This document shows positions 9,210 to 18,460 of a stretch of 64,000 nucleotides of DNA, in pieces. The stretch is from Infirmifilum sp. GTDB lineage: Archaea > Thermoproteota > Thermoprotei > Thermofilales > Thermofilaceae. The stretch covers positions 186,170 through 250,169 of the forward strand of contig JBEULP010000117.1 of assembly GCA_041287245.1 (NCBI GenBank), given 5' to 3'. The notes under the pieces were generated by a model. It was not told the origin of the DNA and searched no databases. It saw only the letters and a program-made list of their open reading frames with translations. The position numbers and the translations under genes are program-made. Position 1 is the first letter of the stretch, and each line of letters begins with the position of its first letter.

Positions 9210-10789
9210 ACTCACTCCGGGTCTCTGTTGGGGTCGAGGGCAAACCTGTAATAGAAAACCTGACTTTTTCTCTTAGCCGTGGAGAGGCTCTACTCGTATT
9301 AGGCCCAACAGGCTCGGGTAAAACGACTTTACTTCTCTCTCTTAGTGGTGTTATTCCTGGACTCTTACCTGGTGATGTTAAAGGGAGAGTAGATATAGCG
9401 GGACATGACCCAGTAAGTGAAGGTCTAAAGGGTTTAGCGGGCGACGTCGGTATTGTTTTCCAAGATCCAGAAGCCCAGGTGGTTATGGACACTGTACAGG
9501 ATGAAGTGGCATTCCCTCTGGAAAATCTATTCTATAACCCTACTGCGATAAATGACCAGGTTACCAAGTGCCTAGCGAAAACGGGCCTTTTAGACTATGC
9601 CTCTGAAAAAACAGACACTTTATCAACCGGCTTGAAGCAGAGGCTTGCTATAGCAAGTACTCTTTGCTTTAATCCTAAAGTTTTGCTACTAGATGAGCCA
9701 ACTGCTCACATAGACCCGGCCTCCTCCCGCAAAATATACGAGTTACTAAGAACTTTCAAGGAGGAGGGCGGGACTCTTGTAATCGTAGAGCATCGCTTGG
9801 AATACCTCGGAGACATTGTCGACAAGATACTCTTTCTGTACAAGGGTAAGGGGATACTCACCAGAGACTTTAACGACCTTGTAAATAATTTCGGGTTTTC
9901 AGCCCTAGTAAGAGCCGGTGTCTGGCTGCCTTATAAAATTTTGAAGGAGTTATCAGTGAACAAACAGTCTCAGCCTCTCAGCGGGCCTCCGGAATATACC
10001 CTGGGGAGTCCCATCATAAAAGTTGAGAATCTCAACGTCGAGCTCAACGGTAAAGCCATATTGAGAAACGTGTCATTTGATGTTAATAGGGGAGAACTGC
10101 TAGTAATCATAGGTCCCAACGGAAGCGGAAAAACCACACTGCTGAAAGTTCTTGCAGGCCTCATCAGAAAATATAGCGGGAGAATTTCTGTCTTAGGGGG
10201 AGCACCCTCTCACAAGAAAATAGCCTATGTCTCACAGATACCTGAGCATCAGTTTACGGAGCGAACAGTTTCTGAGGAAGTAGCATCCACCCTTCTTCAA
10301 ACGGGAATTACCAAGGAGAGAGCGTTGAAAATAGCTATGGGAGAACTGGAAGCCCGAGGACTAGGACATTTATCTAGTGCCGGTGTATACGAGATAAGTC
10401 AAGGAGAGAAAAGGCTGGTCTCACTGCTTGAAATGGAACTTCTTAACAGGCCTATAATCCTCCTAGATGAGCCGACCTTCGGGCTTGATCTGAGGCATAC
10501 GCTCAATGTAGTAAAGCGGATAAACGATGTTATTCTAAAAGGGAAAACGGTAATCCTTGTGACACACGATACCTGGATCCTACCCTTGTTTAACTCTAGG
10601 GTTATAGGTCTCTCCAGTGGAAAAATAATGTTTCAAGGATCATTTAAAGAGTTGCTTACAAAACGGGAACTCTGGAAAGATCTAAGCTTTTCTCCACCAC
10701 CTGTCTTTCAAGAGACAGATAGGATTGAAGACCAAGACGAAGCTATTAAGAACATACGTAATTTGGTGTTTTCGATACATGATGCCTAA
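9191..10789 (+). CDS. ykoD: ECF transporter duplicated ATPase, YkoD-like
   Basis: Two Walker A motifs (GPTGSGKT, GPNGSGKT), FQDPEAQ, two LLDEPT. Confidence 0.88.
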   Translation: MQTVKVDSLRVSVGVEGKPVIENLTFSLSRGEALLVLGPTGSGKTTLLLSLSGVIPGLLPGDVKGRVDIAGHDPVSEGLKGLAGDVGIVFQDPEAQVVMDTVQDEVAFPLENLFYNPTAINDQVTKCLAKTGLLDYASEKTDTLSTGLKQRLAIASTLCFNPKVLLLDEPTAHIDPASSRKIYELLRTFKEEGGTLVIVEHRLEYLGDIVDKILFLYKGKGILTRDFNDLVNNFGFSALVRAGVWLPYKILKELSVNKQSQPLSGPPEYTLGSPIIKVENLNVELNGKAILRNVSFDVNRGELLVIIGPNGSGKTTLLKVLAGLIRKYSGRISVLGGAPSHKKIAYVSQIPEHQFTERTVSEEVASTLLQTGITKERALKIAMGELEARGLGHLSSAGVYEISQGEKRLVSLLEMELLNRPIILLDEPTFGLDLRHTLNVVKRINDVILKGKTVILVTHDTWILPLFNSRVIGLSSGKIMFQGSFKELLTKRELWKDLSFSPPPVFQETDRIEDQDEAIKNIRNLVFSIHDA

Positions 10790-11525
10790 AGAACCGCGTC
10801 ACTATCTTTGCAAACTAAATCCCGCGGTTAAACTATTCACAATCTTATTTGCCGTCTTTGCTATTGCGTTAATACAGAACACGCTTGTTTTAGCAGTCCA
10901 TCTTGTCCTCTCACTAACTCTAGCCTGGCTCGCTAGGCCTAAGCTAGACAGGGCTGTCATCGCAAGTATCTCTTCGACTCTCATTGGATATTCATGGGTC
11001 ACATATGTTCTTTTCTTGACAAACCTTCACCTAGATCCTAGTCTAGCATCGACAAGGACTCTTCTCTTATCGACCCGTATTCTAATCATAATTTTATACT
11101 CACTATTTTTCATCTCTACAACCAGCCCCAAAGAAATAGCTGCGGCTCTCACCTTACAACTACACATTCCATACGTATACTCCTACATGTCTTTCGTATC
11201 ACTTCGCATGTTTCCATTGGTCAGGAGAGACCTTGAAAACATGATTGCTTTTAGGAAAATTAAAGGCTATTTTTCACTCCGTAAACCTTGGAGGCTTATC
11301 CTGTCCATCGCCTCCCCCCTTCTATTCCTTGTTGTTAAACGATCGATAACGCTTGGAATAGCAATGGAGGCAAGGGGGTTCGGCAAATACCCTCATAGAG
11401 TTTTCCGGGAAGAGACATCGGTTCATAAGAAGGATATCCTTTTCGCTCTAATTGTCGTTCTAGGCACAATTTTTTCCCTCTTGATAGCGTACACCTATAA
11501 CATACCTCTGCAACTCTCACTCTAG
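10779..11525 (+). CDS. ykoC: ECF transporter transmembrane T component, YkoC-like
   Basis: LNPAVKL, AMEARGF motif; start placed at ATG 10779. Confidence 0.85.
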   Translation: MMPKEPRHYLCKLNPAVKLFTILFAVFAIALIQNTLVLAVHLVLSLTLAWLARPKLDRAVIASISSTLIGYSWVTYVLFLTNLHLDPSLASTRTLLLSTRILIIILYSLFFISTTSPKEIAAALTLQLHIPYVYSYMSFVSLRMFPLVRRDLENMIAFRKIKGYFSLRKPWRLILSIASPLLFLVVKRSITLGIAMEARGFGKYPHRVFREETSVHKKDILFALIVVLGTIFSLLIAYTYNIPLQLSL

Positions 11526-12272
11526 AACAGCTTTCTTCACCTGACTAAGATTTCTTACACCGAAAATGCAGTTCCAAGGCCTAGGCTCCACACTTACCAC
11601 ACTTTTACCTCCGCCAACAATAACACCAGATTTTTTAGCTCCAACTGTAAGAGCGCCTAAGCTAAAAGTATCTCCTAAGCCTATTTGGCTCTGAGTAACA
11701 GGAATTACATGTGCGTAACCGAAAATATAGCCTAAGATGGGTCGCACCACTATAACATCGCTGACGAAGTTTTTCCTAACGAATCTCTCCCATTTCGTGA
11801 CGAAGCCCCCTCTAATAACAATTGAATCAGTCTTGACTATGTACGTGAAGCTTCTCCTGTATAACTCTACCAAGAGAACTCCAAATGTTGAAAATGCTAG
11901 TAGTGCCAGGAGTGCTCCCCGGTAGTCTGTAAGGGCTGTATACGCCCTGAGTATTTCAATCGTAAAATAGCTGAGCAGTGTGTACAGTAGAGGTTTAAAA
12001 TCCACTCTTACAAGCCAGTTAATCAAACAAAAAATAACTGCAAGGAAAAACCCCAAGAGATAAATGAGGCTTGCGGGATAAGAAAGTCTAGTAATAACGT
12101 GTGAGGGGTACGATAAAAATTGCATATATTCTCTCCATTGAGCCGGGATCGCTAGCCAGAGGACATAAGCTATAATCTGCCCCATAAACGGTGATGTATA
12201 TAGAAAATAAGCTCCAATAAAGGATTCAGGAGAAGGTTTTCCAGTCCACAGAACATCTTTGTTTTGGCTCAT
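11517..12272 (-). CDS. Membrane protein with bacterial-type PH domain
   Basis: About four TM helices followed by a YIVKTDSIVIRGG...ILGYIFGYAHV bPH_2-like segment. Confidence 0.7.
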   Translation of the reverse strand: MSQNKDVLWTGKPSPESFIGAYFLYTSPFMGQIIAYVLWLAIPAQWREYMQFLSYPSHVITRLSYPASLIYLLGFFLAVIFCLINWLVRVDFKPLLYTLLSYFTIEILRAYTALTDYRGALLALLAFSTFGVLLVELYRRSFTYIVKTDSIVIRGGFVTKWERFVRKNFVSDVIVVRPILGYIFGYAHVIPVTQSQIGLGDTFSLGALTVGAKKSGVIVGGGKSVVSVEPRPWNCIFGVRNLSQVKKAVLE

Positions 12273-12296
12273 CTACGAATTAAAAAAGAAGGTATT

Positions 12297-12839
12297 TTAA
12301 ATCACTTGTGCAACTTTCCGGATAAGAGAGTTCTTCTCGAGAGGCTTTATAAGCAGGGATGCAAGGACTATCGAAACAAGAGTCTGCCCACCGATGTCGC
12401 GAATTAATGAAAGTAGAGCTGGAGTTAGACCCTTGACATAAACGTTGACGACAAAATACGTGAAACACATAACAAGCCCGCCCGTGATCATTAGCATAAG
12501 CTGGGTTCTGAATTTCTTCCCTCTCGCAAACCCTACTATATATCCCTGCAACCCGTGAGCGATAATCGTGACGTACCATCTGGGGTATCCGACAATTACG
12601 TCGGCAATAGTCGGCCCTATTACACCCACGAGCCCGCCCACTTGTGATCCAAAGAGGAGGGAAACAAGGTAAATAACAGAATCCCCTATGTGTGTGTATC
12701 CCGTAGGGCTAGGGACTCCGCTAACCATGGTGAGCACGGCGTTTAAGGCGGAGAATAATGCGACGATAGCTAAAACAAGGCTTACTCTCCTCTGAATCAC
12801 ACCAGTCAAAAGCTTGGAAGGCTTATGAGGTTTTTTCAT
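12297..12839 (-). CDS. Solitary ECF transporter S component
   Basis: PSPTGYTHIGDSVIY, GPTIADVIVGYP motifs; about five TM helices. Confidence 0.85.
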   Translation of the reverse strand: MKKPHKPSKLLTGVIQRRVSLVLAIVALFSALNAVLTMVSGVPSPTGYTHIGDSVIYLVSLLFGSQVGGLVGVIGPTIADVIVGYPRWYVTIIAHGLQGYIVGFARGKKFRTQLMLMITGGLVMCFTYFVVNVYVKGLTPALLSLIRDIGGQTLVSIVLASLLIKPLEKNSLIRKVAQVI

Positions 12840-13269
12840 CCATCAGGCGTTGAACGCGAGAAAGATACCTAGCCGCCTTAACAGCCTCAGAGCTAACCTC
12901 GACAGCCTCACCCCTCTCTATTACATAGTGCTTCACGAGTAGTTTTTTGCCGGTAACTCTAATAGCCTCCTCAACTGCGTGGTGCAAGCCGACACAGTGT
13001 GGTGAGCCGTCAACCGTCAACACGACGACCTCCTCCAAGTCCACCCGTGCAAACATCGACGCAACCTTCAAGGCTATAATGTTGAAGTGCTCTGCCTCTA
13101 AGCACACAGCAAGTGGCACTCTTCCCCTGCTAAACTCCTCGTATATCTCTGGGTACTCATCCCGGACGCAAGCTCCGTAGATCAAAACTCGCCGGCTCTC
13201 ACGTATAAATCTGGAGGCAACATTTGTCTCAGAGAGACGCTTATAAGCTAGATGTTCCCCAAGGTTCAA
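12823..13269 (-). CDS. Putative Fe-S/metal-binding protein
   Basis: GACV...VCLE...TVDGSPHC conserved Cys pattern. Confidence 0.6.
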   Translation of the reverse strand: MNLGEHLAYKRLSETNVASRFIRESRRVLIYGACVRDEYPEIYEEFSRGRVPLAVCLEAEHFNIIALKVASMFARVDLEEVVVLTVDGSPHCVGLHHAVEEAIRVTGKKLLVKHYVIERGEAVEVSSEAVKAARYLSRVQRLMDEKTS

Positions 13270-13272
13270 ATA

Positions 13273-13983
13273 TCACACCTTTAAAGCTATAAGTGTATCA
13301 AGAACGAGTATCCCACCAAGCCTTGTCTTCTCAATTAGCTCCTCCTCTGGAACAATCCTACTACTCTCCTCTAATAAGTGCCCATTAACAAGCAATAACG
13401 CTGCTGCTCTCACACGTCTAAGCATGGCTATCGAGAAAAGCGTTGCACACTCCATCTCTACAGAAAGGGCACCCATTGTGGACCACTTCTCAGCAACACT
13501 GCGGTCCTCGGCATAGAAAGCATCACTGCTCACCACGGGGCCAGCATGGATAGGAAAGCCTCTCTGCAACCCCTTAGAGTACAAGGTCCATGCCAATTCC
13601 AAGTCTGGAGCGGCAGAGACACTTAAATCTCCGAAGTACTGGCGGAATAGCCCACCATGAAAATAGTGAGCCGCTGTGGGAACGATAAAATCTCCCACAG
13701 CGACTTCGCGGCTTAAGCCTCCAGTAGTGCCGAGCCTAATTATTGCCTTAGCCCCACTTTGAACGAGTTCCTCGAATACTATCGCCGCCCCTGGCCCGCC
13801 CATTCCATGCGTAGCCACCGTCACTTCCACCCCTCTCCAAAGCCCCCCGTAAACTAGTAGCCCCCTATTCTCATTGAGAATGGACATATTGGAGAGGAGC
13901 TCCGCCAACATCCGTGCCCTTCCAGGGTCTCCTACCACAACAGCCCTCGGTGAAACCCTTTCAGCCTTGATGTGAAACGGCAT
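13273..13983 (-). CDS. Nucleoside phosphorylase (DeoD/Udp hexameric family)
   Basis: GDPGRA, HGMGGP, IRLGT, SSDAFY, VEME motifs. Confidence 0.9.
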   Translation of the reverse strand: MPFHIKAERVSPRAVVVGDPGRARMLAELLSNMSILNENRGLLVYGGLWRGVEVTVATHGMGGPGAAIVFEELVQSGAKAIIRLGTTGGLSREVAVGDFIVPTAAHYFHGGLFRQYFGDLSVSAAPDLELAWTLYSKGLQRGFPIHAGPVVSSDAFYAEDRSVAEKWSTMGALSVEMECATLFSIAMLRRVRAAALLLVNGHLLEESSRIVPEEELIEKTRLGGILVLDTLIALKV

Positions 13984-14023
13984 TAACAAAAAATCTACGG
14001 GCTAGGTATTTTAGTATTGCTTT

Positions 14024-14794
14024 TTATCTCCTACTCAACGCATAAAGGAACCCCTGATAAGGTGTGCTCTCGTCGACATGTAAAACCATCTTGTACATGT
14101 CTCCCAGAGCCTCTCTAATCCGCGCAAACGAATAATACCCTTCATGCAGCTCCACTAACAGCTTTTCAACATCAAATGCCTCTAAAACCTCCCTGGAGCC
14201 TAGTAGAACTTTTTCCTCGACACCCTCAACATCCATTTTTAAAAGATCCACTCTCGGAAAACCCGTTTTCTCGAGGATTTCCCCTAGTGTGAATTTTGGT
14301 ATTCGTATCTCTCTCTTCACTGCCGAGAAATCCTCTACATACTCACGCATAAGCGAAGAATTTACCATACTCTCCCCAACGTAAAGTACCCCTACCCCAC
14401 TTGTAGCATCAACAGCACTACATAGCACCTTAGCCCTATTCTCCAACTTGTTAAGCCTAAGATTCCAATAGATATAGCTACAAAGCAACGGATTCGCCTC
14501 AACAATATATGACCTAGCAGAAGTACTTCCCCCTAGACTTCTAATGCTGTAGAGCCCTACATACCCTCCTAGATCAACAATCTTCTCAGACCTCCCCGGT
14601 AGGAACTCGGCGAACTTCTCATAGTCCCTGAAAACATAGATGTGCTCGTAGTTCAACAAGGCCTCCTTAAACTCACTCACAGGAGCGGCGAATCTACAGC
14701 CCGGAAGAAACAACAACAAACTTTCTCCCGAAAACCTAGCCGTTAGGTAGCTCAATCCTCCCAGAGCCTTTAGGAATAAATGAAACGCCTGCAT
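14024..14794 (-). CDS. FkbM family SAM-dependent methyltransferase
   Basis: IVDLGGYVGLYS, VEANP, LLKMDVEG.E. Confidence 0.85.
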   Translation of the reverse strand: MQAFHLFLKALGGLSYLTARFSGESLLLFLPGCRFAAPVSEFKEALLNYEHIYVFRDYEKFAEFLPGRSEKIVDLGGYVGLYSIRSLGGSTSARSYIVEANPLLCSYIYWNLRLNKLENRAKVLCSAVDATSGVGVLYVGESMVNSSLMREYVEDFSAVKREIRIPKFTLGEILEKTGFPRVDLLKMDVEGVEEKVLLGSREVLEAFDVEKLLVELHEGYYSFARIREALGDMYKMVLHVDESTPYQGFLYALSRR

Positions 14795-14809
14795 AAAGTA
14801 TCCAAGACT

Positions 14810-15529
14810 CTATAGAGGTGCGGACACTACTGCATCTAGAACAACACGAGAAGCCTTGTCTACGGCGTTTTTAAGCTCTTCCGCCGTAGCCATCTTAGCA
14901 TATGCCTCCCCAATAACATCACTTACGACAAACGAGGCTGCAGCCTTGACACCCCTAAGCCTTGACAGAACCAGAAGCGTCGCTGCCTCCATGTCAACAG
15001 CTATCATTCCAAGTTTTATCCATTCATTCAAAAAGTCAACTCCAGCGTAGAAGTTATCACTACTAATCACGGGCCCAAGGAAAAACCGCACATTATATTC
15101 CCGAGCCTTTTCCACAAGTAGACGGAGAAGCTCATAGTCGGGCACTGCCGCCATACAGTTTCCACGCGTATAAGTGTTAAGTGTACCCCCCGGCGCATAA
15201 GAGGCGCCCGTGGCAATTACCATGTCTCCGACCCTCATATCGGGGAGAAAACCCCCACAAGTTCCGAAACGAACCATCAACTTCGCACCCAGCATTATTA
15301 GCTCCTCGAATACAATAGCAGCCGAAGGCGCACCGATGCCGTGAGTCGCCACGGACACATCTACACCTTTCCACTTTCCAGTATACACCAGGAAGCCCCT
15401 GTTCTCATTAACAAGTCTAGCATCGGATAGCAGGGTAGACAATTGCCTCACACGTGCCGGATCGCCTGAAACGACAACCCGGGGTGCAACATCGCCCGGT
15501 TTTGCGAGAATGTGTAAGGGTTTTGCCAT
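14810..15529 (-). CDS. Purine nucleoside phosphorylase (DeoD-like)
   Basis: GDPARV, HGIGAPS, RFGTCG, SSDNFY, DMEAA, VSD. Confidence 0.9.
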   Translation of the reverse strand: MAKPLHILAKPGDVAPRVVVSGDPARVRQLSTLLSDARLVNENRGFLVYTGKWKGVDVSVATHGIGAPSAAIVFEELIMLGAKLMVRFGTCGGFLPDMRVGDMVIATGASYAPGGTLNTYTRGNCMAAVPDYELLRLLVEKAREYNVRFFLGPVISSDNFYAGVDFLNEWIKLGMIAVDMEAATLLVLSRLRGVKAAASFVVSDVIGEAYAKMATAEELKNAVDKASRVVLDAVVSAPL

Positions 15530-15549
15530 AGCTTTTCTACGACCATCTC

Positions 15550-16896
15550 CTATATTTCTTTTATCTTCAAGAGGCTCTCAAGTTCAGGATTCTCATTCAA
15601 AGCGTTCTGCAGAAGCGACATTGCAGCAGCCTCACCTTGATGAATAACCCTTTCCTCATCCAACCAAGCATGCCTTCCACCCCTGACAACAACCTGTCCC
15701 TTAACCAGTACGGTGTCAACATCACCGGCTGAAGCTGCATAAACAACTAGAGCATAGGGGTTAAACGCAGGCCTCATATGCACCCTAGCTATGTCAAGCA
15801 ACACTAAATCAGCCTCAAAACCCCTTTTAATAATCCCCGTTCTCAGTCCAAGGAGCCTAGAAGAGTACCTAGTTGCTATCTCTAAAATATCCGAGGCGTT
15901 CCATAACCCTGATCTTTCAGCTAAGATACGTTGTCCATAGATGAGAAGCCTCATCTCCTCGAAGAAGTCGATATTATCATTGTAACAAGGCGAATCCGTT
16001 CCAATAGCAATGTTACCGCCTAACTGCCAGTAGTCATATGCGTGGAAACGCGTACCAGAAAGCATATAAGTTGAGGGGCACTGGGCAATAATACTCCCAC
16101 TGTGAGCAAGAAGAGCCTTTTCCTCAGTGAAGACATAGTTAGCATGAGCAACAATAGTCTTACTGCCAAGTAAACCCAAATACAAGGCATACCTCACAGG
16201 CGTATAGCCAGTCTTTTCTCGTACAACCTTAAACTCTCTCTCAGTCTGCGCCAGATGCATGTGCAAATAGAGGTTCTCCTTGCGGGCTTTCTCGGCGAGA
16301 TAAGCTAAATTCTCCCGATGTACAGTGTCGGGAGCATGGGGTGCTAGAACAGGAGTGATAAGCGAATGCCCCCTCCACTTATCCACGAAATCAAGGGCCT
16401 TTTTCATTTCGACCTCACCGGTGAAGGGACCGTCAATGTCCATATACGTATGCCCTAAGAAGCCACGAATCCCTACCTCCGAAACAGCTCTAGCTATCTC
16501 GTCCATGAAAAAATAGTGATCAGCTATCAGAGTCACACCACTTTTAGCAGCCTCTAAAGCCCCTAGAAGAGCCATTCTATACGTTGTTTCCGGGCTTAAG
16601 CCTCTTTCCAAAGGCCAGAAAACCTTGTAGATAACATCACCAGCGTCAGCTGCAAGCCCCCTAAAACCCGCCATAGCGACGTGAGTATGCATATCAACAA
16701 GCCCTGGCATCACGATTTTCTCCCTGCCGTCAATCACTTCATCCGGCTGCCCGTACGCCGAGACAATGGTTGAGTAATCCCCAATAGCCTCTATCACACC
16801 ATTCTGAATGAGTATCGACTGTCGCCTTAAAACCTTGTCTAAACCGTCCATTGTAAGTATAAACTCGGCATTTCTAATCATTATTGAGCTAGACAC
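15550..16896 (-). CDS. Amidohydrolase, MTA/SAH (nucleoside) deaminase family
   Basis: PGLVDMHTH, PHAP, HMHLAQ, GTD motifs; clustered with nucleoside phosphorylases. Confidence 0.85.
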   Translation of the reverse strand: MSSSIMIRNAEFILTMDGLDKVLRRQSILIQNGVIEAIGDYSTIVSAYGQPDEVIDGREKIVMPGLVDMHTHVAMAGFRGLAADAGDVIYKVFWPLERGLSPETTYRMALLGALEAAKSGVTLIADHYFFMDEIARAVSEVGIRGFLGHTYMDIDGPFTGEVEMKKALDFVDKWRGHSLITPVLAPHAPDTVHRENLAYLAEKARKENLYLHMHLAQTEREFKVVREKTGYTPVRYALYLGLLGSKTIVAHANYVFTEEKALLAHSGSIIAQCPSTYMLSGTRFHAYDYWQLGGNIAIGTDSPCYNDNIDFFEEMRLLIYGQRILAERSGLWNASDILEIATRYSSRLLGLRTGIIKRGFEADLVLLDIARVHMRPAFNPYALVVYAASAGDVDTVLVKGQVVVRGGRHAWLDEERVIHQGEAAAMSLLQNALNENPELESLLKIKEI

Positions 16897-17343
16897 AAAG
16901 ACTCTACGAAACCCTTTAACTTAAATCTTTAACAGGATCCAAAACTCTAATGTAAGTTGTGCTGAGTACGGTCATAATATATTTGTAAGTATATCATAAG
17001 ATTGTTTTTTAAACGATAATAAAAGTATAATGTTTAAAATAACGACCTTTATTTTTATTGTAAAAGATAGTTTAATAGCACTTTTAGCCTATTTTAATAG
17101 ACAGAACAACGATGAAAAGTCATAAAAAAGCGAAAAACCATGCGAGATTTGGTGCTACTGAATATGAGCATCATAGGACATACATCGAAAACTGACATCT
17201 GAATAACATTATATGAAATACGTATTACGGATTACGACTTACGGAAATCACTGTTTAAAATAGATAAATTCGGGAAAAAATTTTATCTGTTAAAAATTCC
17301 TCCTATTGGAAGATCAAGCATAAAAGATAATTTCACCAACATT
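16897..17343. other. Long AT-rich intergenic region, candidate replication origin or unwinding element
   Basis: About 450 bp non-coding between divergent genes; 4x7-bp tandem repeat; apparent C-rich to G-rich skew switch nearby. Confidence 0.4.
17218..17245 (+). repeat. Tandem heptamer repeat, 4 units, consensus TTACGGA
   Basis: ATACGTA TTACGGA TTACGAC TTACGGA. Confidence 0.7.
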
Positions 17344-18102
17344 GTGCTATTACACGTGTACACCATATACTTACATCCCCGGTGTGCCGATTCATATCAT
17401 GTGAGACAAATATTAGAGCAAAATTCACTCCTCAATTCGGTAAAATTAGTTAATACTGAGAAATACCCATTACACGCCCTGGAAAACGGGGTTTTATCCG
17501 TCCCTGCCTTCGCTATCGAGAACAACGTCGTACTACAAGGATATTTTACTGACGAAGATGTTGTTCATCTGATACAGACAGGTGCGATAAAAATTCAGGG
17601 ATTTGAAGAAGCATTTGAAAGGTTAATTAAGAGTATCTTTTCCTCGTTTCTCGTTGCCTCTACAATCTACCTGAAGGGCTCCTTTGACGTTTTACAGTTC
17701 TCTGAAAAATACCTTCTTTCTGCAAGTGGAGCGTTCTTTCTTCCGGAACGCAAAACTTTCCTAGACATGGTTAATATTAAGTTCAGGGATTTAAAGGTAG
17801 ATTCTTCGAATGAGAGAAATTTCCTCAGAATAATAGGAGGTAATTTTGTTCGGGATCTCTACTGGCTTCGTAGGAAGCTCCCATCTCATGACGAGCTGCA
17901 GGCATTGGGAATACGATTTTTTAGGGAATGGCTCTTTCAACGCGCAAGCCTAGGCAGGGTGTTTGTGCCACAGTCTGTCACACAAACCCAGGATTTAGAA
18001 GCAAGAGTTGAGAAGGCGTGGAACTACATCCTTGAACGGTTTGACCGCATAGCTTCGCATGTTTTAGAAGAGCAGCAAGCCATCCCTGAAAACTGGTTGT
18101 AG
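17344..18102 (+). CDS. Thioredoxin-fold protein with CxxS motif
   Basis: HPRCADSY, GVLSVPAF cis-Pro loop, helical C-terminal domain. Confidence 0.7.
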   Translation: MLLHVYTIYLHPRCADSYHVRQILEQNSLLNSVKLVNTEKYPLHALENGVLSVPAFAIENNVVLQGYFTDEDVVHLIQTGAIKIQGFEEAFERLIKSIFSSFLVASTIYLKGSFDVLQFSEKYLLSASGAFFLPERKTFLDMVNIKFRDLKVDSSNERNFLRIIGGNFVRDLYWLRRKLPSHDELQALGIRFFREWLFQRASLGRVFVPQSVTQTQDLEARVEKAWNYILERFDRIASHVLEEQQAIPENWL

Positions 18103-18395
18103 CGTTCAGCTCTCATACGGATTCTATCTAAAGAGGAGAGTGATAGCTTTTCTGATACTGAGGAGCCATTTGAAGATGAGAAAAGGGGTAGATTTCAGGC
18201 GGGATCCCCCGGGGTCTGGTGGTGTTCGGTTGTTTTAGCAAGTGGTTGTCAGCCCTCTGACGTCCTGATCTGTTCCACTCACTATCCAGTGGGTTTTAAG
18301 TGGTGATGTTAAGGGGGTTCATGGGTTTGTTTGGCCCGGGTTTTTTGGTTTTATTGTGGGGGTTATGGAGGGGTGGTTTTTCACAACATTGTCTT

Positions 18396-18457
18396 ACGCA
18401 GTTTTGCGTTCACAAAACAGCGTATTACCTTTGTAATACTAGGGAGACGCTGTTTTG
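18396..18457. repeat. Three ACGCWGTTTTG copies forming nested inverted repeats
   Basis: Copies at 18396-18406 (+), 18413-18423 (-), 18447-18457 (+); inner hairpin GTATTAC-CTTT-GTAATAC at 18422-18439. Confidence 0.75.
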
Positions 18458-18460
18458 CTT

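Noticed and set aside
17112-17195. 27-codon ORF MKSHKKAKNHARFGATEYEHHRTYIEN
   Set aside because: Very short, no recognisable motif, expected by chance
18118-18150. Faint resemblance to a crenarchaeal CRISPR repeat
   Set aside because: Single poor match, no repeat-spacer periodicity and no cas genes in the window
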